Notes: generated from the letters alone by a model not told the origin. A stretch of 32,000 nucleotides of DNA from Nitrosopumilaceae archaeon (GCA_965203465.1 CBDBCR010000001.1:428060-460059), one strand, 5' to 3'. Positions 1-8,206 are shown, counted from the stretch's first letter. Program-made: numbers and translations.

Positions 1-1369
1 ATTCGACCGCGCTGACCGCCTCTTTCCCGGACACGTCTGCCCACGCGCCCGCCTCCGGATCCCACGCGACCGCGCCGGGCGGCATGGCCAGCTTTCCGAG
101 CGGGCCGGCGGTCCTGACGTCCCACTGGGCGCGCACCGGCATGACCAGGCCCGTGTACGGGTGCCGGAAGACCGAGGGATCCGAGACGGCCCCCCAGATC
201 TGCGTGCTGTACACGTCCGAGAGGCCCATGACGGGGTTCCACGCCCCCTGGTACACCTGCTTTACCCCGATGTCGAGCACGCCGTCGGGGGCGCGCGCGT
301 TTATCGGCGTGAAGCGCGTGGGCACGCCGGCGCCAAAGTCGTTGATTATCCCCGAGACCGATTCGTTTGCGACGTACTGGTCTATCTTGGCCGCCAGGAA
401 TATGCGGACGGCCTCGCGCGCGCCGGCGCCGGCCGCCTCGGACACCAGCGCGTCGCGCTCGCCGGCCGACGCAAAGTCGCCCGAGTATATCCTGCGCGTC
501 AGCTCGTCGATCTCCACGTTTTCGTAGTTCCAGTAGCCGGGGCTGTTGAAGCCGGGCATGTTGGAGAACCACGGCGCGTACATCTGGGCGAGGCCCGTCT
601 GGTCGTAGCGCACGAACGCCGAGCGGCCGCCCCACCCCTCGGTGTACGCGTGCCACCTGTGCTCGGCAGGATCCGAGCCGTACACGACCACGAACGCCTT
701 GTTGAGGTCGCCGAACTGGCGCTTTACCGCAAAGCCCGAGCCCTCCAGGGCCGAGGCCAGCGTCTCGCCTATCGACCTGCGCACCGGATCGTCGCTCCTT
801 ATGAACACCGAAAGCTCCACCGGCTCGCCGCCGTGGTGCCAGGCGCCCCCGGACATGACCGCGCCCATCCCTTCCATGTATTTCGATATTATTCCGCGCG
901 CCCGGCCCGGATCGTACGAGACGCCGAGCCCCTCTATTTCGGCCAGCACCGCAGGATAGTCGGGATCGAAGGGCCCGTAGTTAGACACCATGGGCACGCC
1001 GTAGCCGCCCATCAGCTCGTTGACTATCAGGTCGCGGTCGAGCATGTAGTTTACCGCGAACCGAACCTCCCTCGACGCGAACGGGTTGAGTTTTTCGGAT
1101 TCTGCGGGGTTTAGCAGTATGTCGTAAGAGCCGCCGGTCGATTCGTGCACCTGCAGGCCCTCGCGCGCGCCCGCCCCCTGCAGGCGGTCCGACGGCATCC
1201 TGTAGTAGTAGATGTCCAAGTTGCCGGAGCGCACCTCCTCTAGCGCGGTGCTCTCGTCTGCGTACTGCACGAACCGCACGCCGTCAGAATAGGCGCCCGA
1301 GCCGTGCGCCGCGCCGGCGGCCGACGCGGCGGCCAGTAGCGCGCACAGTTGCAGCGCGAGCCGTGCCAA
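1..1369 (-). CDS. ABC transporter extracellular solute-binding protein, family 5 (DppA/OppA-like); C-terminus runs off the window
   Basis: Not in ORF track because it is partial. Minus-strand translation from TTG (1369-1367) reads LARLALQLCALLAAASAAGAAHGSGAYSDGVRFVQYADESTALEEVRSGNLDIYYYRMP...NPFASREVRFAVNYMLDRDLIV. This is a signal peptide followed by a family-5 SBP-like block. The frame was spot-checked at several points and found open down to position 1. TATA-like box lies ~29 nt upstream. Confidence 0.75.
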   Translation of the reverse strand, partial: MARLALQLCALLAAASAAGAAHGSGAYSDGVRFVQYADESTALEEVRSGNLDIYYYRMPSDRLQGAGAREGLQVHESTGGSYDILLNPAESEKLNPFASREVRFAVNYMLDRDLIVNELMGGYGVPMVSNYGPFDPDYPAVLAEIEGLGVSYDPGRARGIISKYMEGMGAVMSGGAWHHGGEPVELSVFIRSDDPVRRSIGETLASALEGSGFAVKRQFGDLNKAFVVVYGSDPAEHRWHAYTEGWGGRSAFVRYDQTGLAQMYAPWFSNMPGFNSPGYWNYENVEIDELTRRIYSGDFASAGERDALVSEAAGAGAREAVRIFLAAKIDQYVANESVSGIINDFGAGVPTRFTPINARAPDGVLDIGVKQVYQGAWNPVMGLSDVYSTQIWGAVSDPSVFRHPYTGLVMPVRAQWDVRTAGPLGKLAMPPGAVAWDPEAGAWADVSGKEAVSAVE

Positions 1370-1391
1370 CCACCGCGCGCCCGCGCCGCCT

Positions 1392-1405
1392 GTTATAGTT
1401 TAAAC
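1392..1405. promoter_or_regulatory. Shared bidirectional TATA-like box (GTTATAGTTTAAAC)
   Basis: Only A/T-rich block in a GC-rich 58-bp divergent spacer. It lies ~27 nt from GTG 1428 (+) and ~29 nt from TTG 1369 (-). Confidence 0.5.
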
Positions 1406-1427
1406 CCCCGCCCCGCGCGCCCCGCGC

Positions 1428-2054
1428 GTGGATCTGTCCTGCCTGCGCGCCATCTCCCCGGGCCTCACGACGGCCGCGCGGTTCGCCTCGCTGTGCGGCG
1501 CCGGCCTGGACGCGGCGCGCGCGGACTTGAAGTTCTTGGAGGGGGCGGGGATAGGCGAGCGCGCCCCCGGCGGGCACCGCTTCGCCGAGGGCGACCGGCT
1601 CTCGGCGGCCCTGCTGCTGCTCGAGCTGGGCGAGCCGGCGGGGCCGGTCTCTGCCGAGCTGGACTGGAGGTCGTTCGAGGGGCTGGCAGCCCGCATACTC
1701 GAATCGCGCGGCTACCTGACCGAGCGCAACCTGGTGCTGCGCGCCCCTAGGGCCGAGATAGACGTGGCCGCGCGGGCCGGCGGCCTCGCGCTGCTCGTAG
1801 ACTGCAAGCACTGGATGCGCCTCGCCCCCTCGCAGGCGCGCCGGGCCGCGCGGATGCAGGCGCGCCGGGCGGCACGGTACGCGCGCGCCCGCGCCGTGCA
1901 GGCGGTGCCGGCCGTGGTGGCCCTCGAGCCGGATTCAAAGTTCGAAGGCGGGGTGCCCATCGTGCCCGTGGCGCAGCTGGGTGAATTCGCCGACCAGCTG
2001 CCCGGCAGGCTCGACGAGGTGCTCTGCTTCTCACCAGACCAGGACGGCGGCTAA
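1428..2054 (+). CDS. PD-(D/E)xK (Mrr-like restriction endonuclease fold) protein with N-terminal HTH-like region
   Basis: ORF track 1428..2054, GTG start. WRSFEGLAARILESRGY...EIDVAA...LLVDCKHW matches the Mrr_cat-type D...(D/E)xK core. TATA lies 27 nt upstream. Confidence 0.6.
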   Translation: MDLSCLRAISPGLTTAARFASLCGAGLDAARADLKFLEGAGIGERAPGGHRFAEGDRLSAALLLLELGEPAGPVSAELDWRSFEGLAARILESRGYLTERNLVLRAPRAEIDVAARAGGLALLVDCKHWMRLAPSQARRAARMQARRAARYARARAVQAVPAVVALEPDSKFEGGVPIVPVAQLGEFADQLPGRLDEVLCFSPDQDGG

Positions 2055-3767
2055 CAGCACGGCAAAGCCTGCCGAGGCGAATATCTTCGTTATGCGTAGC
2101 GAGTTGTCCATGGCCGCCTTGAAGTCGGCGAATATCTTGGGGCCCATTATCTTGGTCTTCGATACGTTTTCGAGCACCTCGAAACTGCCGCGCGCCGCGC
2201 GCGTCACGGCGCTGCCTGCAAGCTCGAGGTACCACTCGGATATGTCCGACGGCTTTGACATTATGCCGAACTGGTAGTAGCCGTTCTTGTTCCTGACGCG
2301 CACGCGCGAAAAGTGCGTGTCCGACGTGAACATCTCGAGCATGCGCAGCCCGCGCGCCCTGAAGGCTTCGGCGACGGCCTCGCGCACGCCGTTCTCCATG
2401 TTGTTGGCGTCGGCCCACCCGAAAAAGTAGTCCGCGCCGCCCACCTTCAGGCACAGCACCCCGATGCCGCCGTCGGCGAGGTCGGGCGCGCCGAAGCGCG
2501 AGCCGGGGTGGCCCGCGTAGCCGAACTCGAAGGGCAGGCTCTCCTTTCCGACCAGCTCGTCGAGGCACGACTTTGCGGCCCTGAGCATGTCGCGCATGTC
2601 CGGCTCGGATATCTCCTCGCCCATGGCGTTGTGGCAGTCGGCCACCATCACCTGCTCGAAGCCCCTGCTCTTGGCGAACGCCTCGATGTCGGTCCTCACC
2701 TGGTTGGGCAGGTCCTCCATGCCTTCGGGCGAGAGAGAGAGGAGCAGGAGGGGGCTGCGCCCGAAGAGCACGCCGGTGGCCCTCGCCCTGTTGACCTGCA
2801 CCACGACCGGCTCGGTGCACGTCTTGCCGCCGAGCACGCCGGCCGGCTCGGCGCGCAGGCCGTCGAGGTACTTTTCGACCTGCTCCTGCGAGGGCAGGTT
2901 GAGCGAGTGGTCCGATATGCTGTGCATGACCATGGCCGACGAGCCGAGCGCCTCGTAGATGCGGTAAGAGACGTTGCTGCCGCCTATGGGGTGGTAGGGG
3001 CCGGGGTGTATCTCGGGCAGCACCATGCGCACGTCGGCGCCGCCCGAGCGGAGCCGAACCTGGCGCGTCCTTACGGTGGACGGGCTGGACCTGCTCTCGA
3101 TTATAGATTCTATGTCGCCGTGGCTCTTTTTCTGCGAGGACAGGTACACCTGTATCAGCTCGTGCGTGCTCTGCACGCTGGGCCTGCCGGCAGCGTCGGT
3201 CATCTTTGACCACGCCGAGGCCATCACCACCAGTATGCCGCCGACGGCTAGCGGGATCGGCTCGAGCAGCGCGCCCCAGCTGTGGTTGGGCACGATGCAC
3301 AGAAAGAGCGGCAGCGGCTGGAGCAGGCATATGGCCCAGGCCTTCCTGAGGCTGGCGCCCAGCACTGTCGTGTAGATGCCGATGCGGAACGCCACGAACA
3401 GGAACATCCCGGTGGCCACGTGCATGGCCGAGGGCTCCGGCCTGCCGGCCACCTGCGCGGCCAGCACGGCCGCCGAGGCGGCCGCCAGCCATATCAGGTT
3501 GCCGAACAGGGACATGTGCACGGCCTTTGAGTATTCGCGGTTGCGCACCAGCCTCGAGTCCGCCGCCTGCGTGGCCAGGAGCACCGGCACCGAGAGGGCC
3601 AGCGCCGCGGCGTAGCCGCCCATGCCGTACCAGAACGCTGCCACCGCCGCGGTGGCAGCCACCGCGGCCATCGAAAAGACCAGCGAGTGGTACTGGGAGG
3701 ACGGGTTGAGAAGCGTGAGGGTGTACCTCTTGTGTATTCCGGAGACGTTTTCGGACGAGCCGCCCAT
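2031..3767 (-). CDS. Polytopic membrane protein with large soluble C-terminal domain (DUF2070/COG3356-like, assigned from memory)
   Basis: ORF track 578 aa. Several hydrophobic helices sit in the first ~200 aa, followed by a globular domain. The start is 7 nt after the Sec61-beta stop, suggesting an operon. Confidence 0.7.
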   Translation of the reverse strand: MGGSSENVSGIHKRYTLTLLNPSSQYHSLVFSMAAVAATAAVAAFWYGMGGYAAALALSVPVLLATQAADSRLVRNREYSKAVHMSLFGNLIWLAAASAAVLAAQVAGRPEPSAMHVATGMFLFVAFRIGIYTTVLGASLRKAWAICLLQPLPLFLCIVPNHSWGALLEPIPLAVGGILVVMASAWSKMTDAAGRPSVQSTHELIQVYLSSQKKSHGDIESIIESRSSPSTVRTRQVRLRSGGADVRMVLPEIHPGPYHPIGGSNVSYRIYEALGSSAMVMHSISDHSLNLPSQEQVEKYLDGLRAEPAGVLGGKTCTEPVVVQVNRARATGVLFGRSPLLLLSLSPEGMEDLPNQVRTDIEAFAKSRGFEQVMVADCHNAMGEEISEPDMRDMLRAAKSCLDELVGKESLPFEFGYAGHPGSRFGAPDLADGGIGVLCLKVGGADYFFGWADANNMENGVREAVAEAFRARGLRMLEMFTSDTHFSRVRVRNKNGYYQFGIMSKPSDISEWYLELAGSAVTRAARGSFEVLENVSKTKIMGPKIFADFKAAMDNSLRITKIFASAGFAVLLAAVLVW

Positions 3768-3773
3768 TTCAGG

Positions 3774-3935
3774 TCACGCCAGCAGCAACTCGATGGCCCA
3801 AGACACGGCTATCAGGCCTATGGGCATGCTCACGACGATGCGGGGATCCACCTTGAACCCTTTGGTTTCGTCCTCGAAGAACCTCAGCAGGCCCGCGCTA
3901 GAGGCCGGCAACGGGGCACCCTTCTTGTCCGCCAT
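3774..3935 (-). CDS. secG: Preprotein translocase subunit Sec61-beta (archaeal SecG)
   Basis: Internal ATG of track ORF 3774..4307. MADKKGAPLPASSAGLLRFFEDETKGFKVDPRIVVSMPIGLIAVSWAIELLLA has the typical Sec61-beta length, motif and C-terminal TM anchor. TATA-like TTTAAGTAAAC lies ~27 nt upstream. Confidence 0.85.
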   Translation of the reverse strand: MADKKGAPLPASSAGLLRFFEDETKGFKVDPRIVVSMPIGLIAVSWAIELLLA

Positions 3936-3961
3936 GGGGCGGGGCGCCCTGGGCCGTTTAC

Positions 3962-4117
3962 TTAAACGTTGGCAGAGGCGCACTCGGCGCACGCGCACTC
4001 TGCCATCCTTGTCCCGAAAGAGCAGTCGTGCGGCCCCTCCGAGCCGTCCCCGACGGGGACCTCGCCCATGCAATCGCGGTGCCTGCCGTTGCGGCAGAAC
4101 CAGCACACCGGCTCCAC
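3962..4117 (-). CDS. Candidate 51-aa Cys-rich (7 Cys) small protein, putative metal-binding
   Basis: Below the track size cutoff. GTG 4117 gives VEPVCWFCRNGRHRDCMGEVPVGDGSEGPHDCSFGTRMAECACAECASANV. By hand count 45 of 51 sense codons end in G/C, comparable to known genes here. TATA-like CTTAAAGG lies ~28 nt upstream. Confidence 0.4.
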   Translation of the reverse strand: MEPVCWFCRNGRHRDCMGEVPVGDGSEGPHDCSFGTRMAECACAECASANV

Positions 4118-4197
4118 ACCCGTCCCCGCAAGGACTCCTCCCTTTAAGCCTCTCCTGAAAGGGTAATATGTAGCGCCCCGCGCGGTGCGCGCCTGTC

Positions 4198-5127
4198 ATG
4201 ACAAAATCCGTAGCCGTGCTGTCGGGGGGATCCGGCTCCGTAAAGCTGGTCAGGGGCCTTGCCTCGCAGTCGGCCGACGTGACCGTGATAAGCAACGTGG
4301 GGGACAACTACTGGCTGTACGGCATGTACGTGTGCCCCGACATCGACACGGTAGTCTACGGGCTGGCCGACATGCTCGACACGGAGCGCGGCTGGGGGAT
4401 CAAAAAGGACACGTTCAACTTTCTGCGGCAGATGGAGGTCTTCGGCGAGGAGACGTGGTTCCGCATCGGAGACCGCGACACGGCCACGCACTTGGTGCGC
4501 ACCAACATGCTCAAGAACGGGCGCAACCTGGGCGACATCACAAAGTGGATGTGCGAAAAGTTCGCCATCGCGGCCAACATCGTGCCGGTCACCGACAACT
4601 CGGTCGAGACGCGCATAACCACCTCAAAGGGCGAGATGCACCTGCAGGAGTACTGGGTGAGGTACCGCGGCAGGGACCCCGTCGAGGGCATACGGTACGT
4701 GGGGGCCGACAAGGCCCGGCCCAACCCGGAGGCGACTTCGGCCATACAGTCGGCCGACGTGGTGGTGCTGGCGCCGGGAAACCCGCTTACCAGCATAGGC
4801 CCCATGCTGCAGATAAAGGGTGTACACAAGGAGCTGGCGCGCAGGCGGCGCGACGTGGTGGCCGTCAGCCCGCTGATAGGAGATTCGGCCGTGAGCGGCC
4901 CGGCGGCAAAGTACATGACGGCCGCCGGCATCGAGCCCAACGCGCTGGGCCTGGCAAAGATGTACTCTGACGTGTGCAGGACGGTGGTGCTCGATTCGCG
5001 CGACAAGGCGCTCTCGGCCAAGATAAGGGATCTGGACATGCGCACTCTCGAGACGCACATCACGATGAAGACGCGCAAGGCCGAGGACGCGCTGGCCTCG
5101 TTCATACTAAAGCAGGCGCGCGGCTGA
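4198..5127 (+). CDS. cofD: 2-phospho-L-lactate transferase (F420 biosynthesis)
   Basis: ORF track 309 aa. N-terminal VLSGGSGSVKL, GDRD and the overall CofD-family pattern are present. Confidence 0.85.
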   Translation: MTKSVAVLSGGSGSVKLVRGLASQSADVTVISNVGDNYWLYGMYVCPDIDTVVYGLADMLDTERGWGIKKDTFNFLRQMEVFGEETWFRIGDRDTATHLVRTNMLKNGRNLGDITKWMCEKFAIAANIVPVTDNSVETRITTSKGEMHLQEYWVRYRGRDPVEGIRYVGADKARPNPEATSAIQSADVVVLAPGNPLTSIGPMLQIKGVHKELARRRRDVVAVSPLIGDSAVSGPAAKYMTAAGIEPNALGLAKMYSDVCRTVVLDSRDKALSAKIRDLDMRTLETHITMKTRKAEDALASFILKQARG

Positions 5128-5128
5128 G

Positions 5129-5761
5129 TTGCTGCGCACCGCGGCCATCGTGCCGGTAAAGCGCTTCGACGCGGCAAAGACCCGCCTGGACATGCCGCCG
5201 CGGCGGCGCGCCAGCCTCTGCTCGCTGATGCTGAGCGAGGTCCTCCTGACGCTGTCGGCCTCGCCCCAGATATCATCCACGTTCGTGGTCACATGCGACG
5301 GCGAGGCCGCGGAGCTCGCGCGCAGGCACGGCGCCTCGGTGGTGCCCGACCCCGACGAGGCCGGCGTGAACAGGGCAGTCGAGCTCGCGGCCGGCCCGGC
5401 GCGCGAGGCAGGCGCCTCGACCACCCTGGTGCTGCCCCAGGACGTGCCGCTCGTCGAGCCGGCCGACATATCGGCCCTGATGCGCACGCAGATGCCGCAC
5501 GGCTTCGTGACCGTGGTGCCCTCGCGCCGGTTCGACGGCACCAACGCCCTGCTGCGCATGCCGCCGGACATCATAAAGACCAGCTACGACGAGGACAGCT
5601 ACCGGGCGCACATGGCCTCGGCCCGCCGTAGCACCCCCAACGCCTCGGTGCTGTTCGTGCCGCGCATCATGCAGGACATCGACGTGCTCGAAGACCTGCG
5701 CTCGGCCCTCTCGTCGGGCTACAAGCCGGGGTTCTGCCGGGCGGCCCGGGATCTCTTGTAG
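5129..5761 (+). CDS. cofC: 2-phospho-L-lactate guanylyltransferase (F420 biosynthesis)
   Basis: ORF track 210 aa. TTG start lies 1 nt after the cofD stop. AIVPVKRFDAAKTRL...DGTNAL is a CofC-like pattern. Confidence 0.75.
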   Translation: MLRTAAIVPVKRFDAAKTRLDMPPRRRASLCSLMLSEVLLTLSASPQISSTFVVTCDGEAAELARRHGASVVPDPDEAGVNRAVELAAGPAREAGASTTLVLPQDVPLVEPADISALMRTQMPHGFVTVVPSRRFDGTNALLRMPPDIIKTSYDEDSYRAHMASARRSTPNASVLFVPRIMQDIDVLEDLRSALSSGYKPGFCRAARDLL

Positions 5762-6690
5762 CGCGCGGCCACGAACAGGGCGGACATGGCTCCCGAGGCC
5801 AGCAACACGGCCTCGACGGCCAGCAGCAGGCCCTGGTCGAACGCGCCGGCCACGTCGGTGCCGGTCAGGCGCGCCGTCATGTACGCGTACGAGAGCGCGA
5901 AATAGTTGGCGGCCCAGTGCAGCACGACGGCGGCCCCGATGCCGTGCCTGTAGTACACCCACCCCAGTATCAGGCCGGCGGCCGCCGCCTGCGGGGCCTT
6001 GCCGTAGCTCCACCCGTCGCCTGCCACGTGCAGGGCGCCAAAGAGCGCCGCCGAAAAGGCGATCAGCGCCGCCACCTGCATCCGGCCGTGCGGGCCGGCG
6101 TCGTGCGGCCGCCATAGCGCCCGCAGCGGGGACGCCGAGCCGGGACGCCACGCAAAGACCGCGAGCGGCGCGCCTATCAGGAGCAGCCTGAAGGCCGGCT
6201 CCTCGAGCAGCGGCGCCAGCGCGGCGCCCAAGAACCTCTCTTGGTCGCTCGCGAAGGCGGGCGGCTCTATGGTCACGCCGAACAGGCCCTGCGCCCACGC
6301 TATGGCCGCCGAGACGAGCACCATGATGCCGAGCCAGCGCAGCACGGCCATCATGGCAGAGGGCGTCTCGCGCCCCTCCGATATGAGCGAGGCTAGCGCG
6401 CTCGAAAAGCCCGTCCTGGGGCCCATTATGCAGACCGCAAAGAGCACCGCGTACAGCGACCATGCCGCGACGAACGCGTCGCCGGAGCTGGGCCGCAGCT
6501 GCGAGTCGGCCATCCATCCCAGCGCGGGGTACGCTAGGTCGAGCGGGTAGCCGGGGCCGATGTCGGCATCGGCGGGCGGCTCGAAAAAGACGTACGCGCC
6601 GATGGGGAAGGAAAACGAGATCAGGGCGAACGAGACCGAGAGCAGCGCCGCGTGGGGTATCCCGAGGATCCTCTGCGCGCGCGAGACCAA
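5719..6690 (-). CDS. CPBP family intramembrane glutamic endopeptidase (CAAX protease-like)
   Basis: C-terminal two-thirds of track ORF 5719..7233. Motifs EEPAFR, FGALH and HWAAN are present. The upstream part of the track ORF overlaps SUI1 out of frame, so the start was set to TTG 6690, 2 nt after the SUI1 stop. Confidence 0.7.
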   Translation of the reverse strand: MVSRAQRILGIPHAALLSVSFALISFSFPIGAYVFFEPPADADIGPGYPLDLAYPALGWMADSQLRPSSGDAFVAAWSLYAVLFAVCIMGPRTGFSSALASLISEGRETPSAMMAVLRWLGIMVLVSAAIAWAQGLFGVTIEPPAFASDQERFLGAALAPLLEEPAFRLLLIGAPLAVFAWRPGSASPLRALWRPHDAGPHGRMQVAALIAFSAALFGALHVAGDGWSYGKAPQAAAAGLILGWVYYRHGIGAAVVLHWAANYFALSYAYMTARLTGTDVAGAFDQGLLLAVEAVLLASGAMSALFVAARYKRSRAARQNPGL

Positions 6691-6692
6691 CT

Positions 6693-7001
6693 CTAGTGCA
6701 GCTCGATGGACGACTCTGCGAACCCCAGATCCACGAGCGTCTCCTTTATGCTGTCGCGGTGATCGCCCTGCAGGAACACGTATCCCTCCTTCGCGGTGCC
6801 GCCGCAGGCGTACTTGTTCTTCAGATCCTTGGCCACCCTGTCCAAGTCGTTGAGCTTTGGATCGAGCCCCTCTATCATGGTGCCCTTTTTCTTGAAGCGG
6901 CGCGTCTCGAGCCTTATGATGATCTTGGCGCTGTCCTTGGCCAGGTCGCCGCATGCGCACAGATCCTCGGGAAGGCCGCAGGTGTTGCAGATTACCGCCA
7001 T
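6693..7001 (-). CDS. sui1: Translation initiation factor aSUI1 (eIF1)
   Basis: ORF track 102 aa. An N-terminal Cys cluster is followed by a SUI1 domain (...KKKGTMIEGL...YACGGT...VFLQGDHR). Confidence 0.9.
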   Translation of the reverse strand: MAVICNTCGLPEDLCACGDLAKDSAKIIIRLETRRFKKKGTMIEGLDPKLNDLDRVAKDLKNKYACGGTAKEGYVFLQGDHRDSIKETLVDLGFAESSIELH

Positions 7002-7080
7002 TGATTCGAGCCGATCGGGGCCGGCGCACTATTAAGGGTTGTTCAGGCGCGCAGGCGCGGGGCCCGCGGAAAGGCTTCAA

Positions 7081-7093
7081 TTCATTTAAAAAG
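7081..7093 (+). promoter_or_regulatory. TATA-like box (TTCATTTAAAAAG) for rpl39e-rpl31e
   Basis: A/T-rich block centred ~28 nt upstream of ATG 7115. Confidence 0.5.
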
Positions 7094-7114
7094 AGCTCCG
7101 GAGGGGCGGGCCGA

Positions 7115-7273
7115 ATGGCAGCCCGCAAGCCGTCGTCCCGCAAGATACGGCTGTTCAAGAAGGTAAAGCAGACCTCGCCTGTTCCCGCGTGGGTGATACT
7201 GAAGACCAAGCGGGGCGTGCGCACCAACCCCAAGCGGCGCCCGTGGAGGACGGGCGACGCGGAGGTCGGCTGA
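7115..7273 (+). CDS. rpl39e: 50S ribosomal protein L39e
   Basis: Internal ATG of track ORF 6953..7273. MAARKPSSRKIRLFKKVKQTSPVPAWVILKTKRGVRTNPKRRPWRTG matches the L39e pattern. Confidence 0.9.
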   Translation: MAARKPSSRKIRLFKKVKQTSPVPAWVILKTKRGVRTNPKRRPWRTGDAEVG

Positions 7274-7274
7274 C

Positions 7275-7823
7275 TTGGCAGAAGAGCGGGTGTACACGAT
7301 TAACCTCGGCAAGGCGCTGCTGTCGCAGCCGCAGCACCGGGCGGTGCGGGCCGTCAACATGGTGCGCGAGTTCGCCTCGAAGCACATGCGCAGCTCGGAC
7401 GTAAAGATAGACGAGGATCTTGCGCACCAGATATGGGCGCGCGGCGCGCGCAGCCCGCCGCGCAGGGTACGCGTCCGCATGTGGGAGGGGGAATCCGGCG
7501 AGATCATCGTATCAAAGCACGACGGGGACGTTGAGACGAAAACGGTGCCGGCTGCAGCGGATCGAGACGAACCCAAGCCAGCCGAGGCCGGAGCCGGATC
7601 CGAGCAACCCGAGCCGAAAGCACCCGAGACCAATGCCGAACCTGAAAAGCCCGAGCCGGAAACCGCCGAGCCGAAAGCACCCGAGACCAAAGCCGAACTT
7701 GAAAAGCCCGAGCCGGAAACCGCCGAGCCGAAAGCACCCGAGACCAAAGCCGAACTTGAAAAGCCCGAGCCGGAAACCGCCGACGGGCCGAGCCCCGCCA
7801 AGGACGAACCTCCCAAACCATAA
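7275..7823 (+). CDS. rpl31e: 50S ribosomal protein L31e with ~95-aa repetitive Pro/Glu/Lys-rich C-terminal extension
   Basis: ORF track 182 aa. TTG start lies 1 nt after the rpl39e stop. The N-terminus ERVYTINLGKA...RVRVRM is L31e-like. The tail carries AEPKAPETKAELEKPEPET repeats. Confidence 0.85.
   Translation: MAEERVYTINLGKALLSQPQHRAVRAVNMVREFASKHMRSSDVKIDEDLAHQIWARGARSPPRRVRVRMWEGESGEIIVSKHDGDVETKTVPAAADRDEPKPAEAGAGSEQPEPKAPETNAEPEKPEPETAEPKAPETKAELEKPEPETAEPKAPETKAELEKPEPETADGPSPAKDEPPKP
7621..7791 (+). repeat. 3 x 57-bp in-frame tandem repeat inside rpl31e
   Basis: Units are 7621-7677, 7678-7734 and 7735-7791. Copies 2 and 3 are identical. Copy 1 differs at 2 positions. Confidence 0.9.
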
Positions 7824-8071
7824 CGCCGAGACGGAACAACCTCCACGTAAGGCAAGCCCGCCAAATTCCCCAAGTTGGAGGGGTTCAAAACTCGCGACTC
7901 GATCGATTGCGCGTGGCGCGGATCTGGCTGCGTGGCAGAGGCTGGCCCCGCGGCACGCATTGCCTCGAGCCCGGAACGCAGTTCCGCACATCTTGGAGGG
8001 CGGCGAGCGGGCACTGGCCAGGTACGCATGCAGACGGCTTTGAGTCCGAGTTTAGCCTAGGGGCGGCGCAT

Positions 8072-8162
8072 CTTTGTTCGCCAATTCGAATTTTCGTGCC
8101 TGCGTAGCCGGATCGGCCAAAAGGGGCTCCGCTCATGCACGGGTTGCAGAATCACCAAAGCC
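8072..8162 (+). repeat. Degenerate copy of the ~100-bp inverted-repeat hairpin element (intact copy at 30403-30505)
   Basis: Hand alignment to 30406-30504. Shared blocks are CTTTGTTCG.CAATTCG.ATTTTCGTGCCTGCG, TAGCCGGATCGGCCAAAA, GGCTCCG.TCA.GCACGG and GAAT.ACC..AAAGCC, in the same orientation. Confidence 0.7.
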
Positions 8163-8206
8163 GCACAACCACACAAAATATGACTCACGAAGCGAGAGCA
8201 AGATCG

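Noticed and set aside
1747-3492. 581-aa minus-strand ORF (and the similar 2313..3209 plus ORF) overlapping the DUF2070-like gene
   Set aside because: The Arg/Gly/Ala/Pro-rich junk composition is typical of off-frame shadow ORFs in high-GC DNA. The alternative frame 2031..3767 gives a coherent membrane protein.
5273-6517. 414-aa minus-strand ORF across cofC and the CPBP protease gene
   Set aside because: Off-frame, Arg/Ala/Gly-rich, with no motifs. cofC (+) and the CPBP frame (-) explain the region.
7621-7791. Possibility that the 57-bp repeats are a CRISPR array or minisatellite outside coding sequence
   Set aside because: The repeats are directly adjacent with no spacers and are in frame with rpl31e. 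They encode a coherent PE/K-rich peptide repeat.
7885-8136. 83-aa minus-strand ORF between rpl31e and the AbrB-like gene (and plus ORFs 7875..8060 and 7907..8107)
   Set aside because: GC3 is only around the regional background by hand count. There are no motifs, and the ORF starts inside the repeat element. Evidence is insufficient to call a gene.
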